Source of the DNA: Candidatus Iainarchaeum sp.
GTDB taxonomy: Archaea > Iainarchaeota > Iainarchaeia > Iainarchaeales > 0-14-0-20-30-16
Assembly: GCA_028710695.1 (NCBI GenBank)
Contig: JAQTTP010000001.1
Coordinates: 11,833 to 75,832 of the forward strand
DNA length: 64,000 nucleotides
Direction of reading: 5' to 3'
The notes under the pieces were generated by a model. That model was given only the letters and a program-made list of their open reading frames with translations, did no database searches and had not been told where the DNA came from. A program made the translations under genes and the position numbers. Position 1 is the first letter of the stretch. Every line of letters begins with the position of its first letter. This document shows positions 8,732 through 17,283 of the stretch, piece by piece.

Positions 8732-8817
8732 AAAGATTACCTATACTAATATAATAAACAAAAATATTTATATATAAAAAAGCTATTTATAGAGAATAGA
8801 GAGAAATGGGTGAAATT

Positions 8818-9561
8818 ATGTCATTAGAAAGAATTCCAACAGGTATTAAGGGTTTGGACGAGCTTATTGAGGGCGGAATCCCAAAAAACAGAACTATTTT
8901 GGTTGCTGGTGCAACAGGTTCTGGGAAAACAATATTTTCTATGCAATTTTTATATAATGGAATTATGGAAAGCAATGAGCCAGGGGTTTACGTTACTTTG
9001 GACGAAAGGCCAGATCTTATAAGAGAGGATATGGAAAACTTTGGCTGGGATGTAAAAGACCTAGAAGAACAAAGAAAACTAGTTATCGTTGATGCTTCTA
9101 TAGGGAGATTAGGACTTCCCTCAAACGAGGAACACGCAATAGTAGATACTAGCTTTGACTACAAAAAGCTTATGCTGGAAACAATTAAAGCCTGTAAGTC
9201 AGTTGGAGCAAAGAGGTTAGTAATAGACTCTGTTGCAACTATGGGTATGTATTTCAAGAATCCTGATGATGCAAGACTTGCAATATTAGAAATGGTCTAC
9301 ATGTTTTCAAAAATTGGAGTTACTACTCTTATGGTCTCAGAGATTGAGCAGGATACAAAAAAATACAGTAGATTTGGAGTAGAAGAGTTTGTAACAGATG
9401 GTGCATTTATACTGAAGTATCTTGATACTGGTGTTCAAGGGATAAACCGAACATTCTTAGTAAGAAAAATGAGGGGAACAAACCACTCATCAGATATACA
9501 CCCTTTAGAAATAAACAAGAAAGGCATCGAGATAACAAAAATAGAACAATACGGCATCTAA
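8818..9561 (+). CDS. KaiC/RadA-like RecA-superfamily ATPase (single domain)
   Basis: N-terminus RIPTGIKGLDELIEGGIP, Walker A GATGSGKT, Walker B-like LVIDS. Start moved to ATG-8818 after GGGTGA. Confidence 0.8.
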   Translation: MSLERIPTGIKGLDELIEGGIPKNRTILVAGATGSGKTIFSMQFLYNGIMESNEPGVYVTLDERPDLIREDMENFGWDVKDLEEQRKLVIVDASIGRLGLPSNEEHAIVDTSFDYKKLMLETIKACKSVGAKRLVIDSVATMGMYFKNPDDARLAILEMVYMFSKIGVTTLMVSEIEQDTKKYSRFGVEEFVTDGAFILKYLDTGVQGINRTFLVRKMRGTNHSSDIHPLEINKKGIEITKIEQYGI

Positions 9562-10298
9562 AGAAGCAAAATAAGGCCTACAATTACAATAACTAATACC
9601 AATAACTTAAGCCAAACAAGTTTGCCTTTAAAAAACCAAGAAATTACTTCAAAAAGCAGTTTGGATAAATACAAGAAAATGTGCCCCAAATACTTAAAAA
9701 AACCAAGTGGGCTCTTTATTTCAGACACCATATTAGAAAAAAGAGTCAAATTACCCCTGTCTTTTAAGCCATCTATGGCTCCTTCTAAAAAATCAAAGCC
9801 AGATAGGGCTGTTTTGTTAGTTGCTACGATAGATATTTTGTAATCCTTGTCTAATTTAAGGCCTATTTCCCAAATTGGTAAATAAACAAGCTCAACTTCT
9901 GTTATGAAGTGCTTATCTTTTTCTTCCAGTAAATAAGGCAATTTGTAGTTTAACAGGTCCAAAGCCTTGTTTTCTTGGCTAATCTTTGGCGTTATAATCT
10001 GTGGCTTATAAAGTTTATATTCTTCTAAAGTTAATAATTTATCCAGCTCCATACGTTCTGACTTTATTGCATTACAGAACTCTTTGTTATCTAAAACGAT
10101 CTCTGAATTGCCAGCATTAAGGAAGCCAGTGCCTTTCTTTTTACCATGATGGTATTCAAAGACCCAAAATGGAATATAATACAAATCAAATGCAGGGGTA
10201 TCGTAATCAGATAAATCTGTGCCTTTTTTCGATAACAAACCGTCTAGATACTCATTCATGTCTTGTGGAGAAATAGTATTTAAAAAAGTAGAACGCAA
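9558..10298 (-). CDS. hypothetical protein with C-terminal transmembrane helix
   Basis: 246-aa ORF ending LVWLKLLVLVIVIVGLILLL. Its stop overlaps the stop of the KaiC-like gene by 4 nt (convergent). Confidence 0.5.
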   Translation of the reverse strand: MRSTFLNTISPQDMNEYLDGLLSKKGTDLSDYDTPAFDLYYIPFWVFEYHHGKKKGTGFLNAGNSEIVLDNKEFCNAIKSERMELDKLLTLEEYKLYKPQIITPKISQENKALDLLNYKLPYLLEEKDKHFITEVELVYLPIWEIGLKLDKDYKISIVATNKTALSGFDFLEGAIDGLKDRGNLTLFSNMVSEIKSPLGFFKYLGHIFLYLSKLLFEVISWFFKGKLVWLKLLVLVIVIVGLILLL

Positions 10299-10333
10299 TC
10301 AGTACACCCAACAAAGATTATGGGAAAGAAGGT

Positions 10334-10693
10334 TTACTTCTTCCTCTTTATTATCTTTATTTTTGTTGGAGTTAAAATAACTTGCTCTTCGGAAATTCTT
10401 GCGATGTCTCCGTCGATTTCAGTAACAAATCTCTTTAACTTAGCCATTTGTTCCTTTAGTCTTACTGGGCTTCTCTTAACTAAGTCCCCTACGTTCAACA
10501 AAATTATGTTTCCGTCCTTTAGTTCTTTAGCAACAGACTTCAAATCTGTGTCTGCCTTTAAAACCATTGGCTTAACATATGCGTCAGCATCATCGTACAT
10601 TTCTTCTTCAGAAACATCCAAATTGTTTAGGAAGTCTTCAATGTCAACTTCTTCTGACTTTGATTTTTTTAACATTTTTTCTATAAATGCCAT
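10334..10693 (-). CDS. sepF: SepF-like cell-division protein (DUF552)
   Basis: 119 aa. Acidic N-terminus followed by VKPMVLKADTDLKSVAKELKDGNIILLNVGDL...GDIARISEEQVILTP, typical of the SepF fold. GGAGGGGT SD upstream. Confidence 0.7.
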   Translation of the reverse strand: MAFIEKMLKKSKSEEVDIEDFLNNLDVSEEEMYDDADAYVKPMVLKADTDLKSVAKELKDGNIILLNVGDLVKRSPVRLKEQMAKLKRFVTEIDGDIARISEEQVILTPTKIKIIKRKK

Positions 10694-10795
10694 TTATACC
10701 CCTCCAGATAAGTATCACATTTTTAATCTGATAAAACATAGCTGTTAATATTTATAAATATATTGCACCCGCAAGGGTTTCTTTTGATGGACCGG

Positions 10796-10820
10796 AGCTT
10801 TTCTTTTTGAAAGAAAAGCT
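10796..10820 (-). terminator. 11-bp hairpin with T-tract 3' of tRNA-Lys
   Basis: AGCTTTTCTTT-TTG-AAAGAAAAGCT, 5 nt downstream of the tRNA 3' end. Confidence 0.5.
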
Positions 10821-10825
10821 TAGTA

Positions 10826-10899
10826 TGAGTTCGCGGGGATTCGGACCCCGGACACCTGGCTTAAAAGGCCAGTGCTCTACCAAGCTGAGCTACGAACCC
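10826..10899 (-). tRNA. tRNA-Lys (TTT)
   Basis: 74 nt. Acceptor GGGTTCG/CGAACTC (one G-U), D arm GCTC-AGCTTGGTA-GAGC, anticodon arm CTGGC-CTTTTAA-GCCAG. T loop reads TCCGAAT, so C at position 55. Confidence 0.85.
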
Positions 10900-10931
10900 A
10901 CTTTCTAAAAGAAATTCGATAATATCTCTTT

Positions 10932-10951
10932 CTTTATAAATATTTATAAAG
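10932..10951. promoter_or_regulatory. perfect 20-bp palindromic double TATA element between divergent tRNA-Lys and mutS
   Basis: CTTTATAAATATTTATAAAG equals its own reverse complement. It lies about 35-50 nt from the tRNA-Lys 5' end (10899) and from the mutS ATG (11001). Confidence 0.55.
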
Positions 10952-11000
10952 GTATACATGAATCAAAAGCAATATAAAACAATTTTCCTAATTTGTATAT

Positions 11001-13448
11001 ATGGATGATTTAACCCCCGCAATGAAGCAGTTTGTAAAAGTAAAAAGAGAATATCCTACTTCCTTGCTTCTATTCAGAATGGGCGATTTTTATGAAACTT
11101 TCTTTGATGATGCTAAAATTGCGTCCAAGGTTTTAAACATTACACTTACAAAAAGAGGGGCGCAAGGGGTTCCACTTGCGGGAATACCATACCACGCTTT
11201 AGATAATTACCTGGCAAAGCTTGTTAAGGCCGGGTATACAGTAACTATAGTAGAACAAATGGAAGATCCAAAACTTGCAAAAGGCCGACTAGTAAAAAGA
11301 GATGTTTTACGGACAATCACGCCTGGAACCGTATTAAATGGAGACTTTTTAGACTCAAAAACAAATAATTACATTGTAAGCCTGTGTTTATCTGAAAAAG
11401 TTGGACTAACTGTGTCCGATATTTCCACTGGAGAATTTAAGGTTACAGAACTAAATGATTTAGAAGAACTAGTACACGAATTGATAAAAATACAGCCCGC
11501 AGAAATAATTTTGCCAGACAATACAAGTGACAATATTATTAATAGAATTAAAAAAGTTACAAATTCTACAATCACTCCTTTTTCATTTATATTTTTTAAT
11601 AAAGAATTTGGATTAGAAGAACTAAAAAACCATTTTAATGTTCTATCCCTGGACGGATTTGAAATTAGTAACAAGGATCTAATTATTGCATCTGCAGGGG
11701 CACTATTATATTATTTTAGAATAACTCAAAAAAGCAGAATAAACCACATAAAGACAGTAAAGAAATACAGCATACATGAATTCATGTATTTAGATTCGCA
11801 GACTGTGCAAAATTTAGAACTTATAGAAAATAATTTTGACAGAACAAGAAAGCATACTTTGTTAGGTGTTTTAGATAATACAAATACATCTATGGGCGCA
11901 AGGATGTTAAAAAGAGAGATTTTGAGGCCATTGTTAAATAAACACAAAATTGACGCGAGACTAAATAAAGTTGAAACAATAATAAACTCCCAGTTATATT
12001 ATGACATCGCAGATATTCTAAAACAAATTCCAGATATTGAGAGAATACTTTCAAAAATATCAATGAACACCGCAAATGCAAGAGATTTAATTGGCTTAAA
12101 GAATGCAATATTTGTTTTGCCACAGCTAAAATCATTTTGTGAAAAAATCGAGAATTTTAATTTTGAATTAAACCAAGATATTTTAGATATTGGAAAACTT
12201 ATTGACACAAGCATAGTTAACGAACCACCAATGTTACTAAGGGATGGCGGAATTATAAAAAGAGGATTTAACCAAATAATTGACGAATTAAAAGATATAA
12301 AAGAAAATATAAGTGACAAAATTCTAGCAATCGAAAAAAGCGAACGTGAAAAAACCAACATAAAAGGTTTAAAAGTAAAATACAACAGAATCTTTGGTTA
12401 TTTTATTGAAATTCCCAAGGCAAATGAAAAAGTTCCAGAAAATTATCTTAGAAAACAAACATTAGTAAATGCAGAAAGATACATCACTGAAGAATTAAAA
12501 CAGTTGGAAGACACGTATTTAAGTTCTGAAGAAAAAGCAAAAACTTTGGAATACGATTTATTCTTTAAAATTGTTGAAGAAATTAATACAAAGATTGTTG
12601 ATTTGTACAATGTCACTAAAGGGATTGAAGAAATTGATTTTTTTAATTCAATGGCAATAACTGCAATAAAAAACAATTATGTAAAACCAATAATTTCAGA
12701 AAACTATAACTTGGAAATAACTAATGGACGACACCCAGTTATAGAAAAGATTGAAGAAAATGAATTCATAAAAAATAATTTGTTCTTAGACAAAAACGAA
12801 CAGAACATTATGATTTTGACTGGCCCAAACATGGCAGGAAAATCAACATACTTAAGACAAAATGCATTAATAATTTTAATGGCCCAAATGGGCTCTTTTG
12901 TCCCTGCAGAAAAGGCAAACATAGGATTAATAGACAGAATTTTTACAAGAATTGGTGCGAGAGATAATCTTGCAATGGGTCAAAGTACATTTATGGTAGA
13001 AATGAATGAGGTTGCAAATATTTTAAATAATGCAACCGAAAAAAGTTTTATTATTTTAGATGAAGTTGGAAGAGGAACTTCTACTTTTGATGGGCTAAGC
13101 ATTGCCTGGGCAGTAGTTGAATATATTTTTGAAAACATAAAAGCAAAAACTTTGTTTGCAACACACTATTACCAAATTACCGAGTTAGAAGAAAAGTTTG
13201 CGGGAATAAAAAATTATCATATTTCAGTAAAGGAACATAATGGAGACATAATATTTTTGAGAAAAATTCTACGTGGAAGTATTGATAAAAGTTATGGAAT
13301 AGAAGTTGCAAAGCTTGCAGGAATTCCAAAAGCAGTTATTGAAAGAGCAAAAGTAATTGAGTCACAAATGGAATTAAATATTAACAAAAAAGAAACAGCA
13401 CCAGAAATTACAGTAAAAAAACTTGTTGGCCAGAAGACTTTATTCTAA
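11001..13448 (+). CDS. mutS: DNA mismatch repair protein MutS
   Basis: 815 aa. N-terminal mismatch-binding region TPAMKQF..KREYPTSLLLFRMGDFYETF, Walker A GPNMAGKST, Walker B ILDEVGRGTSTFDG, THY motif. Confidence 0.95.
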   Translation: MDDLTPAMKQFVKVKREYPTSLLLFRMGDFYETFFDDAKIASKVLNITLTKRGAQGVPLAGIPYHALDNYLAKLVKAGYTVTIVEQMEDPKLAKGRLVKRDVLRTITPGTVLNGDFLDSKTNNYIVSLCLSEKVGLTVSDISTGEFKVTELNDLEELVHELIKIQPAEIILPDNTSDNIINRIKKVTNSTITPFSFIFFNKEFGLEELKNHFNVLSLDGFEISNKDLIIASAGALLYYFRITQKSRINHIKTVKKYSIHEFMYLDSQTVQNLELIENNFDRTRKHTLLGVLDNTNTSMGARMLKREILRPLLNKHKIDARLNKVETIINSQLYYDIADILKQIPDIERILSKISMNTANARDLIGLKNAIFVLPQLKSFCEKIENFNFELNQDILDIGKLIDTSIVNEPPMLLRDGGIIKRGFNQIIDELKDIKENISDKILAIEKSEREKTNIKGLKVKYNRIFGYFIEIPKANEKVPENYLRKQTLVNAERYITEELKQLEDTYLSSEEKAKTLEYDLFFKIVEEINTKIVDLYNVTKGIEEIDFFNSMAITAIKNNYVKPIISENYNLEITNGRHPVIEKIEENEFIKNNLFLDKNEQNIMILTGPNMAGKSTYLRQNALIILMAQMGSFVPAEKANIGLIDRIFTRIGARDNLAMGQSTFMVEMNEVANILNNATEKSFIILDEVGRGTSTFDGLSIAWAVVEYIFENIKAKTLFATHYYQITELEEKFAGIKNYHISVKEHNGDIIFLRKILRGSIDKSYGIEVAKLAGIPKAVIERAKVIESQMELNINKKETAPEITVKKLVGQKTLF

Positions 13449-13491
13449 AAAGTAAGATTTATATACTTGTTTTGCATATATATTCCGCTAA

Positions 13492-16400
13492 ATGAAATAT
13501 GGTTGGTTAATCGTTGTCATAGTTACACTTTTACTTTTCCTTGCCGGCTGTATTAATGAAAAAGAAAAAACTGAACTAATTTCTTTGTGTAACAGTAAAA
13601 CAAACATTTCATACAGTGACGCCCCAATTTGCCTAACTGCGACAAAATGTCAAGAAAAATATAATTCTATTTTTGGATCGTCTTTAACGTCCGACACTTT
13701 AAAAATTGTAGAAACTGCAAAATCAAACTATCAAAAGTCTGTTGTGGATTCGTGGGTCGGAATAAGTAATCTATTAGAAACTACTAAAAAAGTAAATGAT
13801 GGTTGTGAGGATCCAACTTCAGATAGCTTTGTAAATGATTTACAATATTTATATTCTTACTCAAAAATAAGTTCAAAAGATCTAGCAAATTTAGGATATA
13901 GACAAACTGTACTTTTGGGAACAATAAAAAATATTTTAGAAAATAACGACATAAATCTTATGGGAGATACAGAAGTTTATAAAACCTACACAGAAGTCAT
14001 AGATAATTGGAATACTTTAATGAATAACTTTGTCTTAGTAAATAAAGAATTTAATTTACAACAGACAAAATACAATTATTGGGCAACATTTAACAGCAGC
14101 TATCTTTATGCTCCAGGAAAAGTTTCGAGCCAGTCTGTTGATAGTTACAAAAACATAATAAAATATGGCTTATTACAAGATGACTTATTTGGATTTACTC
14201 TGGACATAATTCCCGAAAACACGTTATTATCTGCCTTTGCAGATGCGATTTATGATAATGTAATAGGTAGCGATAGTGTAAGCTATGAAAATCTAAGCTC
14301 GGTATTTGAACAGTATTTTAATCTTGGCGATTTTATAAAAGAATATTCCAGTTTGTTTGGATATGGCGGCACATTAATTAATAGTTTAAATGGAAATATT
14401 TCAGAGCTCGACTCAGAAATTAGAACATTGGAATTAACATTAGACACACAGAAAAAAGATATAGAAAAAAATTTTGATGAACTTAAAAACTTAGAAGAAA
14501 ACAGTGACACAGAAAGTTATTTACTATCATACTTTGGAATGGACACGAAAAAAATTGATTATTCCGAAAAAATTGCGAACTTAAAGCTTCAATTACAAAA
14601 CTTAGATAAATCTCTTGGAAAGAAATACCAGGTAACAAATCAAATTGAAAATGAATTAAAAACGATTTTAGATTACAAAAATAAGCAGGCAGAAAATAAT
14701 AATCTTATTTCTTTTTTGTGTAGTTCAGAACTTAATTCAATAATTACTGAAAATAAAAACAATGCAACTTTGAGTTATTATTTTAATAAATTTAAAAGTT
14801 CCAAAGATATCACTGACTGTTATTACTTCTTAAAAAATTCCGAAAATACTGCTGAAACAGATTGTGACTTTGAACTTAAAAAGCTAATTGACGAACTTCA
14901 TTTAGAATACAACTCTGACCCCCAATTCTCTTGTGAAGAACTACAAAAGCTGAAATCTAATATTCTTTTGTATCTAGACAAAATTACTTTTGGAGAAATA
15001 AAAAATAATGTAATTAATGCCGCAGAGAAAGTTAATGTAATTAATTATAAAAGCCCAATTTGTGCAAAACCAGAATCTTATGATTTGCTTGAATTTAAAA
15101 AGCAAATAAAGGGGGTTATTGAAATTTCAGAAAGCATTATCGACTCTGGGCTACAAGGACTAATTGAAAAAATTAATTATTGGAATACAAAAAGTGCAGA
15201 AGTTTTGGAAAACTCTTTGTCTTGCCACCTTACAAATAAAGCAAGGTTATCAAACAATAGCTTAATTTTTGATGTAGGCTTTAATTATGATGGAAAAATT
15301 AATACAAAAATAAAAACAAATTACAATATTACAAGTTTGTCAGGGCAATGTTTAGACAGTTATATCTGTAAGAACAACTATTGTGACTTGATTTTTAGCT
15401 GTTTAAAAAAATTAACTAATTTAGTAATAGAATTTGAAAGTTATAAACAAGAGAAACAAGAAATTAACTATTCGGACGATTTAGAAATAGCTCAAAAGTT
15501 TTGTTTTGAAAATGATAATTCAAACCCGATTTTTGACGAAATATATTCCGCAGATAAAATCAGCGTTTATTCTGATTATGGCAAAGAAATTAAACATTAT
15601 TTAAGTGACAAAAAAATTCAACTGTGGAATCAAGTATTCGAAAAGGGAGATTGTATTTTTATAAAATATTATTTTTATGATGCAATAAAGAAGGCTTTGT
15701 TATTAGAAAGCACAGATAAAATTTCCGAAAACATTACCAGATATAAATATAAGTTAGAATTAGAAAATACAATTTCGGTAACTCAAAATAACATAGCAGT
15801 TAATTTAGATTTTTATTATGATGCTGCTACGCAAAACCCTACAATTTTTGACTCGCAGGGAAAAGAATACAAAATAACAAAAACAAATAGTGGTTTTGTT
15901 TTTTACGCAAGTCTGGGCGCATTGTCTAAAGAAACGTACTCTATTTTATTTTATGCAAAGGATGAACAAAAAAAGTTCATTTTTGAGCTTACAAACATAA
16001 AAACAACAATTTCAGACTTAGCAAATTCAAAAAGTAATACAATAAAAGAAGAGGCCAATAGCCTCCTAAAACAAATTTCTAGCTTAGAAACAGTCAATCC
16101 AAAAAACAACAAGCTTGCTTTTGACGAACTAACTGCTCTAAATAAATCTACGTCTGATCTAATTACAAAAAATAAGAAGTTTTTGGTTTGGGCAGATGAA
16201 AAAGATATCAGCATAAAAAAACTAAAAAATCAAAAAAACTTCTTAGAGCAATTAAAAAGTAACTCGGTAAATCTGATAAAAAAAGAATTAATAAAAGAAT
16301 TTTCCTCTTTTGAAGTCACAGAGGATTTAGCAAAGTTAAATGAGCAGATTAACCTTCTTGAACAATTACCTGAAAATTCAGATATTCCCAAATTAGAAAA

Positions 16401-17274
16401 CATTCGCGACAAATACACAAAAAATTTAGAATCACTTGTTGAAGATGGCTACAAAAAATATTTAATTTTACAAGATAATGCCAAAGCTTTAGATCTAACC
16501 TTTTATGAAAATTCAAGAATATTTGACTCCGCAAAAGAAAGTTTATTTTTTGAGGATTATAATGCCTTATTTAACACAATTACCCAAATGGATGCTTTAT
16601 TAACGCAAAATGAATTAATTATTAATACAAAGGTATCTGAAATAGGAGAAAATATTTTAACTAGATTTTCAAAAATAACTGATATAAAGAACAATTTGGA
16701 TCCAGTTTGGAACAAATATAACTTTTTATTAAACCAATTCAATTCTACAAATTTTGATCTTGTAAAAAAATACGAAAAAATTCCAGTCACTTTATCTGAT
16801 TTAAAAGACAACAAATCGATTTTGGATTCTGTGTCAAAAGAGATAGTTGCATTAAACTCTGCAGAAGAAAATTTCAAAAAGGAATATTTCAAAAATAAAT
16901 TCGACGCAATAAATGACTTTGACTCAAAGAAAATTGACAAAACTATTTTTAATTATCAGCTTGCAAGCAAAAACATTGATGACATTGAAGCAACTCTAAA
17001 CACACTGGCGACAAAAAATATTGATCTTGCGGAAAAAAGTGATGGCGATAAAAGTTTACTTTATGATGCAAAAACAAATTTAGAAAATAGAGATTATTTT
17101 GGAGCAATAATAAATGCAAAAAGAGCAATGGCGGGGGCAGTAACCACAACATCTAAAACTGCAATATATGGTTTAAGTATAGTTATTTTCGGCGCTGTTG
17201 CTTTTGCATTATATTCTTTAGTTTTCAAAAAAAGAAAAAAGAAAAAGATTACTTATTATACTGTTCCAAAATAA
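13492..17274 (+). CDS. giant coiled-coil surface protein, putative lipoprotein with C-terminal membrane anchor
   Basis: 1260 aa. N-terminal signal with lipobox-like LFLAGC, a long low-complexity K/E/N/L-rich heptad-like body, and C-terminal helix IYGLSIVIFGAVAFALYSLVF followed by KKRKKKK. Confidence 0.7.
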   Translation: MKYGWLIVVIVTLLLFLAGCINEKEKTELISLCNSKTNISYSDAPICLTATKCQEKYNSIFGSSLTSDTLKIVETAKSNYQKSVVDSWVGISNLLETTKKVNDGCEDPTSDSFVNDLQYLYSYSKISSKDLANLGYRQTVLLGTIKNILENNDINLMGDTEVYKTYTEVIDNWNTLMNNFVLVNKEFNLQQTKYNYWATFNSSYLYAPGKVSSQSVDSYKNIIKYGLLQDDLFGFTLDIIPENTLLSAFADAIYDNVIGSDSVSYENLSSVFEQYFNLGDFIKEYSSLFGYGGTLINSLNGNISELDSEIRTLELTLDTQKKDIEKNFDELKNLEENSDTESYLLSYFGMDTKKIDYSEKIANLKLQLQNLDKSLGKKYQVTNQIENELKTILDYKNKQAENNNLISFLCSSELNSIITENKNNATLSYYFNKFKSSKDITDCYYFLKNSENTAETDCDFELKKLIDELHLEYNSDPQFSCEELQKLKSNILLYLDKITFGEIKNNVINAAEKVNVINYKSPICAKPESYDLLEFKKQIKGVIEISESIIDSGLQGLIEKINYWNTKSAEVLENSLSCHLTNKARLSNNSLIFDVGFNYDGKINTKIKTNYNITSLSGQCLDSYICKNNYCDLIFSCLKKLTNLVIEFESYKQEKQEINYSDDLEIAQKFCFENDNSNPIFDEIYSADKISVYSDYGKEIKHYLSDKKIQLWNQVFEKGDCIFIKYYFYDAIKKALLLESTDKISENITRYKYKLELENTISVTQNNIAVNLDFYYDAATQNPTIFDSQGKEYKITKTNSGFVFYASLGALSKETYSILFYAKDEQKKFIFELTNIKTTISDLANSKSNTIKEEANSLLKQISSLETVNPKNNKLAFDELTALNKSTSDLITKNKKFLVWADEKDISIKKLKNQKNFLEQLKSNSVNLIKKELIKEFSSFEVTEDLAKLNEQINLLEQLPENSDIPKLENIRDKYTKNLESLVEDGYKKYLILQDNAKALDLTFYENSRIFDSAKESLFFEDYNALFNTITQMDALLTQNELIINTKVSEIGENILTRFSKITDIKNNLDPVWNKYNFLLNQFNSTNFDLVKKYEKIPVTLSDLKDNKSILDSVSKEIVALNSAEENFKKEYFKNKFDAINDFDSKKIDKTIFNYQLASKNIDDIEATLNTLATKNIDLAEKSDGDKSLLYDAKTNLENRDYFGAIINAKRAMAGAVTTTSKTAIYGLSIVIFGAVAFALYSLVFKKRKKKKITYYTVPK

Positions 17275-17283
17275 TTTAAGTAA

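Noticed and set aside
11422-11435. Mini-ORB-like sequence TTTCCACTGGAGAA (reverse complement TTCTCCAGTGGAAA)
   Set aside because: It is a single copy inside the mutS coding sequence, with no inverted partner or AT-rich unwinding element. It is most likely a chance match.
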